A DNA stretch of 64,000 nucleotides from Alphaproteobacteria bacterium (lineage in GTDB: Bacteria; Pseudomonadota; Alphaproteobacteria; UBA828): assembly GCA_965214705.1 (NCBI GenBank), contig CBDCCI010000002.1:2592001-2656000 (forward strand), given 5' to 3'. A program made the position numbers and the translations under genes. The notes beneath the pieces were generated by a model. The model did not search any database, was not told the origin of the DNA, and worked only from the letters and a program-made list of their open reading frames with translations. Shown in pieces: positions 19,004 to 27,760 of the stretch (its first letter is position 1; each line of letters begins with the position of its first letter).

Positions 19004-21387
19004 CCGATCTCATCGCGGACCGCTGGCTGCTCGACCGCCCGAACTCCTATATCGGCCGGTCCGTTCCGCGCCCCAATGCGCCCCGCCTCGCGGAAGGGCG
19101 CGGCGCCTTCGTCGACGATATCGAGACCGGCGGGCGGACGGGGCACGCGGCCTTCGTGCGCTCGCCCCACGCCCATGCCCGCATCGGGTCCATCGACGCG
19201 GAGGCGGCCAGGGCGGCGCCGGGGGTGATCGCGGTCGTGAACGGACGGGAGCTCGCGGAGATCCACGACCCCTGGGTCGGCGTGCTGTCGCATCTCCAGG
19301 GCCTCAAGTCCGCGCCGCAATATGCGCTGCCGCTGGAGACGGCGACCTGGCAGGGCGAGGCGGTGGTCGCGGTGGTCGCCGAGAGCCGCGCCAAGGCCGA
19401 GGATGCGGCGGAGCTGGTGAAGATCGAGTGGGAGGTGCTGCCGGCCGTCACCGACGCCGAGACGGCGCTCGACCCCGCCACGACCGTCATCCACGAGAGC
19501 CTCGGCGACAATCTCGCCTGGCGGCGCAATGCGGACTTCGGCGATATCGAGGCCGCCTATGCGGAGGCCGACCACATCGTCGAGGAGACTTACGTCTTTG
19601 CCCGGCACACAGGGGTGTGCGTCGAGCCGCGCGCCATCCTCGCGGACTGGAACCCCGGAGAAGGACAGCTCACCGTGTGGCACAACAACCAGTGCCCGCA
19701 CATGGTGCAGAACATCCTCGCGACCCATTTCCGCCTGGACGAGCACCGGGTCCGCGTCATCGCGCGCGATGTCGGCGGCTCGTTCGGGATCAAGGTCCAC
19801 ACCTATGCGGACGAGCTCGCGACCGTCGGGCTCTCGATCCTGCTCAAGCGGCCGGTCAAGTTCGTGGCGGACAGGCTGGAGAGCTTCCTGTCCGACATCC
19901 ATGCGCGCGACCAGCGGGTCCTGGGCAAGGTCGCCGTCAAGGACGACGGTACCATTCTCGCGTTCGAGATCGACGCGCTCAGCGGCATCGGTCCCTATTC
20001 CATGTATCCGCGCACGAGCGGCATCGAGTCGAACCAGATCGTGAACCTGACGGGCGGCCCCTATGCCTTCGACCACTACCGGGCGCAGGCGACCGTTGTC
20101 TTCCAGAACAAGAACATGATGTGCCAGTACCGCGCGGTCGGACATCCGGTCAAATGCGCGGTAACCGAGGGGCTGGTGGATGCGGCGGCGCGTGCGACCG
20201 GGCTCGATCCGGCCGAGATTCGCCGGCGGAACCTGCGCGCGGACGACTCCTATCCTTGCAAGTCGGCGCAGGGGCTCCCGTTCGAGAACCTCTCGCACCA
20301 GGAGAGCCTCGCGAAGCTCCTGGACGCGATGGACTACGACGCCCTGAAGGCGGAGCGCGACGCGCTGCGCGCCGAGGGGGTCTATCGCGGCATCGGCCTG
20401 GCGAGCTTCATCGAGGTCACCAACCCGTCGGCGATGTTCTACGGCGTGGGCGGTGCGCGCATATCCGCCCAGGACGGGGCGACGATGCGCCTCGATGCCA
20501 AGGGGAACGTGTTCGTCGCGACGGGCGCGACCGAGCAGGGCCAGGGCATGGAAGCGGTGATCTCGCAGGTCGCCGCGACGGCCGTCGGCGTTCCTCCGGA
20601 ACGGCTCAAGATCGTCACCGGCGACACAGACCACACGCCCTATGGCGGCGGCACATGGGCCTCGCGCGCGGCCGGCATCGGCGGAGAGGCGGTGGCCCAG
20701 GCGGGCCGCGCGCTCAGGCAGCAGATCCTGCGCGCGGCGGCGGTCATGCTTCAGGAGGAGGCGGAGAACCTGGACATCCAGGGCGGGGTCGTGGTGGACA
20801 GGGCGAGCGGTGCGGAGCGTATCGGCCTCGATGAGGTCGGGCGCGTCTGCTACTACCGGCCCGACACCCTGCCGGACGGCTTCCAGTCGGAGCTGGTCGC
20901 GACCCGTCACTACGTCCCGCGCCAGTACCCCTTCGCCTTCACCAACGGCGCGCAGGCTTCTTATCTGGAGGTGGATGTCGAGACCGGCTTCATCTCCCTC
21001 CTGGATCACTGGTGTATCGAGGACTGCGGCACCGTCATCAACCCGCAGCTCGTGGACGAGCAGATCCGGGGCGGTATCGTACAGGGGCTGGGCGGCGCGC
21101 TCTGGGAGCAGTGCGTGTACGACAGCGACGGGCAGTTGCTGAACGCCACCATGGCGGACTATCTCGTGCCCATGGCGGCGGAGCTGCCCGACATGCGTTG
21201 CGGCCATGTGGTCTCGCCCACGTTCGAATCCGATCTCGGCGCCAAGGGGGTGGGTGAGGCCGGCACCTGCGGCGCGCCGGCCGCGGTGATGAACGCGCTC
21301 AACGACGCGCTCGCGCCCTTCGCCGCGCGGCTCACCGACATGCCCTTCACGCCCCAGAAGGTACTGCGCGCGCTCGGCAAGATTTGA
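19000..21387 (+). CDS. Xanthine dehydrogenase-family molybdopterin subunit (CoxL-like, not form I CODH)
   Basis: 'RSPHAHA', 'GGSFGIK', active-site loop 'QYRAVG', 'AKGVGE'. Confidence 0.92.
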   Translation: MTDLIADRWLLDRPNSYIGRSVPRPNAPRLAEGRGAFVDDIETGGRTGHAAFVRSPHAHARIGSIDAEAARAAPGVIAVVNGRELAEIHDPWVGVLSHLQGLKSAPQYALPLETATWQGEAVVAVVAESRAKAEDAAELVKIEWEVLPAVTDAETALDPATTVIHESLGDNLAWRRNADFGDIEAAYAEADHIVEETYVFARHTGVCVEPRAILADWNPGEGQLTVWHNNQCPHMVQNILATHFRLDEHRVRVIARDVGGSFGIKVHTYADELATVGLSILLKRPVKFVADRLESFLSDIHARDQRVLGKVAVKDDGTILAFEIDALSGIGPYSMYPRTSGIESNQIVNLTGGPYAFDHYRAQATVVFQNKNMMCQYRAVGHPVKCAVTEGLVDAAARATGLDPAEIRRRNLRADDSYPCKSAQGLPFENLSHQESLAKLLDAMDYDALKAERDALRAEGVYRGIGLASFIEVTNPSAMFYGVGGARISAQDGATMRLDAKGNVFVATGATEQGQGMEAVISQVAATAVGVPPERLKIVTGDTDHTPYGGGTWASRAAGIGGEAVAQAGRALRQQILRAAAVMLQEEAENLDIQGGVVVDRASGAERIGLDEVGRVCYYRPDTLPDGFQSELVATRHYVPRQYPFAFTNGAQASYLEVDVETGFISLLDHWCIEDCGTVINPQLVDEQIRGGIVQGLGGALWEQCVYDSDGQLLNATMADYLVPMAAELPDMRCGHVVSPTFESDLGAKGVGEAGTCGAPAAVMNALNDALAPFAARLTDMPFTPQKVLRALGKI

Positions 21388-21572
21388 GTGTTTGTTCGGC
21401 GTTCGTTTTTGACCCCGCCGTATCACGCCGCTTCAACAGCTTATCGCGCCGGTGGACGCGCAACCCATGCGCCGAATAACAATCGAGAAAACGTGGTCTG
21501 GAGGTGACCGTGAGGCGAAGACCGTTTCTGCGTGGCTGATCTTCTTGCAACACGTCGGTAAAGGGGGCGGCT

Positions 21573-22706
21573 GTGGATAACCTGGAAAGACTCGATTCTC
21601 TTCTTCGAGAATTCGATGAGTTGAGTCAGCATTCTGTTGGCTATCCCTGCAATTTGGATTTCGACTACACGGCGCTGCTGCCCTTTATGCAGTACGCTCT
21701 CAACAACGTGGGCGATCCCTTCCACGACAGCAACTTCCAGAGCAACACCCACGAGATCGAGCGCGAGGTCATCGGCATCTTCGCTGATTTGATGCACATT
21801 TCGCGCGAAGACGTGTGGGGCTACGTCACGTCGGGCGGCACCGAGGGCAACATGTACGGCCTCTACCTGGGGCGGGAACTTTTTCCGAACGGGGTGGTCT
21901 ATTTCTCCCAGGACACCCACTACAGCGTGGTCAAGATCATGAGCGTGCTGAAGGTGCGCAACATCATGATAAGGAGCCAGGACAACGGAGAGATCGATTA
22001 CGACGACCTCCGCGAGACGATTCGCATCAACCGGGACGTGCCCGCAATCGTGATGGCGAACATCGGCACGACGATGAAGGGCGCGGTAGACGACGTGAGC
22101 AAGATCCGCGGCATCCTGAGCGACCTCGCGGTGACCAAGTCGTACATACACGCGGACGCAGCGCTCAGCGGCATGATCTTGCCGTTCGTGGAGGACCCGC
22201 AGCTCTACGGGTTCGACGCCGGGTTCGACAGCGTCTCCATCAGCGGACACAAGATGGTGGGCTCGCCACTGCCCTGCGGCGTCGCGCTGACCCGGCGCGA
22301 ATACGTCTCACGCATCGCCCGCGCTGTCGAATACGTGGGCGTGTTGGACACCACGCTGACGGGCTCACGCAACGCGCTGACACCGCTGATGATGTGGCAC
22401 GCGTTCGAGCAGAAAGGATTGGACGGCTTCAGGTGCATCGTGAATGGATGCCTCGAGACGGCGGAATATGCGGTCACGCGCTTCAACGACGGCGGCATCC
22501 CCGCGTGGCGCAACAGGAACTCGGTCACAGTCGTGTTTCCCAGGCCGCCAGCGGATGTCGTGCGCAAGTGGCAGCTCGCGCCCTACGAGGACATCGCGCA
22601 CCTCATCACGATGCCGCACGTAACGCGTGAGACCATCGACGCCGTGGTGGACGACTGCATGCGTGGAGCAACGGCACCAGGAGACGAAACGGGGACAACC
22701 GCATGA
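21573..22706 (+). CDS. hdc: PLP-dependent histidine decarboxylase-like (group II; His/Ser decarboxylase clade)
   Basis: 'GYPCNLDFDY', 'NNVGDPF', 'GYVTSGGTEGN', 'HADAA', PLP-Lys 'SISGHK', 'GSRN'. Confidence 0.85.
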   Translation: MDNLERLDSLLREFDELSQHSVGYPCNLDFDYTALLPFMQYALNNVGDPFHDSNFQSNTHEIEREVIGIFADLMHISREDVWGYVTSGGTEGNMYGLYLGRELFPNGVVYFSQDTHYSVVKIMSVLKVRNIMIRSQDNGEIDYDDLRETIRINRDVPAIVMANIGTTMKGAVDDVSKIRGILSDLAVTKSYIHADAALSGMILPFVEDPQLYGFDAGFDSVSISGHKMVGSPLPCGVALTRREYVSRIARAVEYVGVLDTTLTGSRNALTPLMMWHAFEQKGLDGFRCIVNGCLETAEYAVTRFNDGGIPAWRNRNSVTVVFPRPPADVVRKWQLAPYEDIAHLITMPHVTRETIDAVVDDCMRGATAPGDETGTTA

Positions 22707-23095
22707 CCAGGATCGTCGTCATTGCCAACAACGAGGCGGGCGTCATCGCCGACATCGCCGGAGCCTTGACCGAGCGCAACATCAATATCGAAACCATCAG
22801 CGCAGAGGCGCTGGGGGAGAAGGGTGCGATAACGCTCACCGCGGACGACCACGACGGCGCTCTGCGCGCGCTGACGGACGCGGGCTTCAAGACGGTATCC
22901 GACGAATCGCTGGTCCTGAGACTGCGCGACGAACCGGGCGCGCTGGCCAGACTGGCGGAGAGGTTCAAGCAGGCCGGCGTGAATATCCGGAGCCTGCACT
23001 TTCTGGACCGCCGAAACGGCTACGCCACGGTCGCGATATCCGCCGATGACCGCGCCAAGGCGGAGTCGCTGGTAGAGCCGGAGACGGCGGTGTAG
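22703..23095 (+). CDS. Tandem ACT-domain protein
   Basis: 'NEAGVIADIAGAL..RNINI' and 'DEPGALARLAE..AGVNI'; ATGA overlap with hdc. Confidence 0.88.
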   Translation: MTRIVVIANNEAGVIADIAGALTERNINIETISAEALGEKGAITLTADDHDGALRALTDAGFKTVSDESLVLRLRDEPGALARLAERFKQAGVNIRSLHFLDRRNGYATVAISADDRAKAESLVEPETAV

Positions 23096-24468
23096 GAGGG
23101 AAGAGACGAGGCGTGTCTCGTATTACGGTGAAGCCGCCCGGATCGGCTCCCCCTACTCCCGGCTCTCCCTTATCCATCCGTTCTCGAACACCGGGCCGTC
23201 GCAGCCGCAGAAGCGGGCGATGCGGTCGAGTTCGCGCCCGATTCGCTCCAGCCGCCCCTTGCCGAGGCGCACGCCGTGCTCGGGCCAGAGCGCCCGCACG
23301 CTGAGGCGGCCCTCCCGGCGGCGCATGTCGATCCGCCCGACAAGCCGGTCGCCTTCCAGCAGCGGGAAGACGTAGTAGCCGTATTCGCGCTTCTTTTCCG
23401 GCACGTAGATCTCGATGCGGTAACGGAAGCCGAACAGCCATTCGGCGCGCTTGCGGTCGCGCAGCAGCGGGTCGAAGGGGCTGAGCACACGCACGCCGCC
23501 GGGCGGCTCCGGCGTCCGCTCGGTCCACTCGCATACGTCGGGACGCGCGAACAGGCGGCGGGCCTCGCCAGGCCGCGCGCCTTCCACCGCCACCTCGACC
23601 AGTTCGCCGGCGTCGCGGGCGGCACACCAGGACCGCGCCTCGTCGAGAGAGGCCGTGTCCCAGAAGGCCGCGATCTCTCGGGCGGATGCGAAGCCGAGCC
23701 GGTCGAGCGCGCTCGCGCATGCCCAAGCCAGCGTTTCCCGATCGTCCGGCACGGCAGCGCGGACGGGGGCCGGGATCACGCGGTCGGCCCACTGCTGTCC
23801 GGTTTAGCTTGGGTAGACAAGGTGCATGGCTTGGATTCAACTTGGTTTTTGCAAGACCTGTTGAATCGAAGCTCGCAATGGAGCCCAAGCCATGCCCTAC
23901 CAGGATACGGTTTTCGGCGAACTGATGAAGGCGTTTCCGCGCTGGCGCTTCGACAAGCTGGCAGAGCGCCACGGAGCGGACTACCGGGTCCGGCGCCTTT
24001 CGTCGTGGAGCCAGTTCCAGGCGATGGTGTTCGCCCAGCTGTCGGGCTCGCGCTCCTTGCGCGAGGCGGTCGGTGCGCTGGAACGCTTTCCGGGCGTCCA
24101 CGCCCATCTGGGTCTGGCGCCGGTGCGGCGGTCTACGCTCGCGGATGCCAACCGGGTACGTCCGGCGGCCCTGTTCGAGGACGTGCTGGAAGCCCTGGTC
24201 GCCCGGCTGGGCGCATCTGCGGGCCAGCGCGGGCGGGAGATGCTGCGCCTCGTCGATGCGACCCGGGTCCTGGTTGGCAAGCGGATCGAGAGCTGGGAGG
24301 CCGACGGTGCCGTCAAGCTGCACGTGGTCTACGACCCGGACGCAGATGCGCCTGTCTGCTTTGCCGTGACCTCGGCCAGGGTCAACGACATCACGCCGGC
24401 CAAGCGCCTCCCCATCGAGCCCGGCGCGACTTACGTCTTCGACAGAGGCTATTACGACTTCACCTTCT

Positions 24469-25637
24469 GGATTCCTCTGCGAAAGTGGGTTTGCGGATTG
24501 GTTGGCATGTGATTCGTTGCTGCAGCGATGGGGAGGTCGAGTCGATGAGCGGCACGGGTCAGCTGGGATTTGCAGAAGCATTCATGTCTCCGGGGCTGGG
24601 GTCGAACCGGAAGCTGGAGCGTCTGGACGCCTTGATCGACTGGGCTCCTCTCGAGCGTCTGGCCGCGCGCGTGCGCGAGGGGCGGCGGGGTCGTCCGCCG
24701 TATGCGCCTTTGGCGATGCTGAAGGCGCTCTATCTTCAGGCGCTTTACGACCTTTCGGACCCCGGCCTGGAGGAGACGCTGCTGGATCGTCTGTCGTTCC
24801 GGCGTTTCTGCGGCTTTGCGCTGGATGGGGGCACGCCGGACGAGACCACGATCTGCCGCTTTCGCGCGGACGCGGGCGCGGTTCTGGAGGCGGCGTTCGA
24901 GGAGATCAACCGCCAGCTGGACGCCGCCGGCCTGATCCTGCGTAAGGGCACGCTGATGGACGCGACGCTGGTGGCCTCGGCCTCGCGGCCTCCGCCCTAC
25001 AAGGCGGGCGCAGGTGCTGGGCACCCACGGGAGCCGGGCGCGGGCTGGACGCGGAAGAAGGGCCGCGGCTTCTTCGGCTACAAGGCGCATCTGGGGGTCG
25101 ACCAAGGCTCCGGGCTGATCCGGCGCGTGGCGCTGAGCTCGGCCAAGACTTACGAGAGCGAGGTGGCCGATCGGCTGATCTGCGGCGACGAGGGGGCGGT
25201 CTATGGCGATCGCGCCTACGAAAGCAAGCCGAGACGGGCGAGGCTCAGGGCTGCCGGCATCAAGGACCGCATCATGCACCGGCGCAACAAACACATGGCC
25301 TCGCTGCCGCCCTGGCAGCAGCGCCGCAACGATCTCATTGCGAGGCGCCGGGCGCCGGTGGAAGCGGTCTTTTCGGCGCTGAAGCGCCTCTACGGGCTGA
25401 GGCGAGCCAGGAGTTGCGTGTTCGAGAGGAACACCGCCCGCCTCTACGCCGCTGCCACCGCCTACAACCTGCGCCGCGCCAGCCTGATTGCGGGCTGCTG
25501 ACCGACCAGTGCGCCCGCAAACCGCCGTTTCAGACACAAGATCGTCCAACGACGGCGGCACACGCGCCTCCATCAACACCGCCCAATGCCAAAACCTTCC
25601 CAAAACATCCCGCTGAGCCGATTTCGCAGAGGAATCC
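24469..25637 (+). mobile_element. IS5-family element
   Basis: Perfect 16-bp TIR GGATTCCTCTGCGAAA; TSD TTCT; removal restores IS4 frame F-T-F-W-A-D-I-D-A-K. Confidence 0.93.
24545..25501 (+). CDS. IS5-family transposase
   Basis: 'GRPPY', 'LSDP..E', 'PDETTICRFR', 'DAT', 'GYKAH', 'GDRAY', 'RAPVE'. Confidence 0.93.
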   Translation: MSGTGQLGFAEAFMSPGLGSNRKLERLDALIDWAPLERLAARVREGRRGRPPYAPLAMLKALYLQALYDLSDPGLEETLLDRLSFRRFCGFALDGGTPDETTICRFRADAGAVLEAAFEEINRQLDAAGLILRKGTLMDATLVASASRPPPYKAGAGAGHPREPGAGWTRKKGRGFFGYKAHLGVDQGSGLIRRVALSSAKTYESEVADRLICGDEGAVYGDRAYESKPRRARLRAAGIKDRIMHRRNKHMASLPPWQQRRNDLIARRRAPVEAVFSALKRLYGLRRARSCVFERNTARLYAAATAYNLRRASLIAGC

Positions 25638-26669
25638 TTCTGGGCAGACATCGACGCCAAGGGGAGCCGCTTCGTCACCCGCCTGAAGAAGAACTCGCCC
25701 ACAAGCCTGATCGAGACCCGCCCGGTCAAGCCGGACGGCCCGGTCGTGGCCGACCGCGTCGCCTTGCTGTCGAAGCGCCTGGCGGCGAGCCGCAAGAACC
25801 CCTTCGACAAGCCGGTGCGTCTGGTCGACGTGCGCATCGACAGCGGCAGGGAGATCACGCTGGTCAGCAACGACCTCAATGCCCCGGCCGAAGAGATCGC
25901 GGCGCTCTACAAGCAGCGCTGGCAGGTCGAGCTGTTCTTCAAGTGGATCAAGCAGAACCTCAAGATCAGACACTTCCTCGGCACCAGCGAAAATGCCGTG
26001 CGCATCCAGATCGTCACCGCGCTGATCGCCTACCTGCTGCTGCGGCTGGCGCAGATCGGAACCGGAACCGGGCTCGGCCTCCAGGCCATCGCCCGCCTCG
26101 TCGCCAAGACGACCTTCCAACGCCGGGCCCTCACCGACCTCTTCGAACCACCGCCTGACACACCGCAAGCCCATGACCAGCTCCAAATCCCCTTCGCCAA
26201 AATCTAAACCGGACAGCAATGCGGTCGGCCAGGTCGAAGACCTTCTGGAAGCCCTCGCGCCGGTCGATGGCGAGCGCGCCGGTACGCCAGAGGAATTCGA
26301 GCGCCGTCTTCGACGGATGCCAGTCCCACCAGGCGGACGCGTCACGCCGTCGGCTGCTGCCGAGCTCACGCGCCAATCCTCGACGATCCCGGGACCTACG
26401 GCGTCCACCTCAAACGCGGGGAAGACGGCGTGGAACCCCTGGCCGACGCGGTGTCGCGAATGGACCGCCTCTCGCCGCAGCACCAGGCCCAGTCGCAAAG
26501 CCGCGACAGGGCGCTCGTGGAGCACGTCAGCGCTGTGGAGGAGAAGCTGCTGATCGGCGCGTAGATTGGGTGCCGATTGGCGCCGTAACCTACTAATTTT
26601 GCTGCACAGTGGAGTGAGCCCCACAGGACTGTTGTTCGGCGTCTTTGGTTGGCGACTTATGATCTTTAC

Positions 26670-26698
26670 TTGACATTTTCGGCGGGAGCCCCTATATT
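26670..26698 (+). promoter_or_regulatory. Sigma70-like promoter upstream of IS1595 transposase
   Basis: TTGACA-17 bp-TATATT followed by GGAGG RBS. Confidence 0.65.
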
Positions 26699-26724
26699 CC
26701 AGTCATCAGCAACGGAGGCTGGTT

Positions 26725-27702
26725 ATGGCGAAGAAGGCACCTGGGAAGAGCTACCGCGAGGGGATGATGCTGGTCGAGTTGATGGACATGTTCCCGACCG
26801 AGGAAGCCGCCACCGAGTGGTTTGACTCGGTCGTCTGGGAAGATGGTCGCCACTGCCCGAAGTGCGGTTCGACCGAGACCAAGGAAGTCCCGAACGCGAA
26901 GCCGATGCCCTACTGGTGCAGGGGTTGTCGGTCCTACTTCTCCGTCCGCACCGGAACGCCGATGGCGCGCTCGAATATCCCGCTCCGCAAGTGGGCCATC
27001 GCGATCTACCTGTGCCTGACCAGTTTGAAGTCGGTCTCCAGCATGAAACTGCATCGAGACATCGGCGTTTCGCAGCGCGCGGCGTGGTTCATGCTGCATC
27101 GTATCCGCGAAGCATGGGGCGAAGAAGATAGCGAAGACCCGTTTGACGGCCCGGTCGAAGTGGACGAGACCTACATTGGCGGCAAGCGCAAGAACATGTC
27201 GAACAAGAAGCGGAAGAAACTGGCCGGAACTGGCCGGGGCGCGGTTGGAAAGATGGCTGTGGTAGGCATGAAAGACCGGGACACGAATCAGGTTCGCGCA
27301 GAAGTTGTGATCGAGACAGACGGCGAGACGTTGCAGGATTTTGTGGAGGAGAACACCGAAGAAGACGCGACGGTCTATACTGACGAGGCAGCGGCCTACA
27401 ACGGCATCGAGCGGGAGCACGAGGCGGTCAAGCACTCCGTCTCCGAATACGTCCGCGGGCAGGCGCATACCAACGGGATCGAGTCCTTCTGGTCCATGTT
27501 GAAGCGGGCGCACGCTGGCACCTTCCACAAGATTTCCCCGAAGCATCTACAACGCTACGTCTCCGAGTTCGCCGGCAAGCACAACGTCCGGGAATCAGAT
27601 ACTATCGTCCAAATGCGTGACACCGTCGCCCGGCTCGTCGGTCGCAACCTCTTCTACCGCGACCTCATCGCCAGCAACGGGCTGTCGAACGCGGAGCGCT
27701 AG
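26725..27702 (+). CDS. IS1595-family transposase
   Basis: Zn ribbon CPKCG...YWCRGC, 'EVDETY', 'YTDE', 'HTNGIESFWSMLKR'. Confidence 0.93.
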   Translation: MAKKAPGKSYREGMMLVELMDMFPTEEAATEWFDSVVWEDGRHCPKCGSTETKEVPNAKPMPYWCRGCRSYFSVRTGTPMARSNIPLRKWAIAIYLCLTSLKSVSSMKLHRDIGVSQRAAWFMLHRIREAWGEEDSEDPFDGPVEVDETYIGGKRKNMSNKKRKKLAGTGRGAVGKMAVVGMKDRDTNQVRAEVVIETDGETLQDFVEENTEEDATVYTDEAAAYNGIEREHEAVKHSVSEYVRGQAHTNGIESFWSMLKRAHAGTFHKISPKHLQRYVSEFAGKHNVRESDTIVQMRDTVARLVGRNLFYRDLIASNGLSNAER

Positions 27703-27760
27703 AGGCTCCGTCCGACGGAACAGGGCGCGGGCCAGCTTCTCAGGCGTCGCGCCCTTTAAG

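Larger units (their letters stand above)
23790..26221 (+). mobile_element. IS4-family element, transposase (23892-26207) interrupted by IS5
   Basis: 18-bp TIR CA(C/T)TGCTGTCCGGTTTAG (17/18); TSD CGGTCGGCC 23781-89/26222-30; 'FDRGY', 'YKQRWQVELFFKWIKQ'. Confidence 0.93.
23153..26376 (-). pseudogene. YcaQ/AlkZ-like (HTH_42) DNA crosslink glycosylase, split by IS4 and 5'-degenerate
   Basis: 'WWDWHPSKTALEFLW...REGFQKVFDLADR' joins 'VIP...LSPFDPLLRDRKR..FGFRYRIEIYVPEKKREYGYY' across a 9-bp TSD. Confidence 0.88.

Noticed and set aside
19000-21387. Aerobic CO dehydrogenase (coxL)
   Set aside because: Lacks the AYxCSFR motif, and no coxDEFG accessory genes are present.
18943-21426. Long antisense/alternate-frame ORFs (also 1347-3260, 44227-46479, 47627-49972, 58850-61195)
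   Set aside because: Shadow ORFs of well-supported genes in high-GC DNA, with no family motifs.
21390-21572. Possible riboswitch upstream of hdc
   Set aside because: No recognisable aptamer consensus by eye; an Rfam/Infernal scan would be needed.
23276-24544. 741-aa ORF suggesting a long N-terminal extension of the IS5 transposase
   Set aside because: The extension crosses the IS5 and IS4 TIRs; it is chance read-through and the real start is about 24545.
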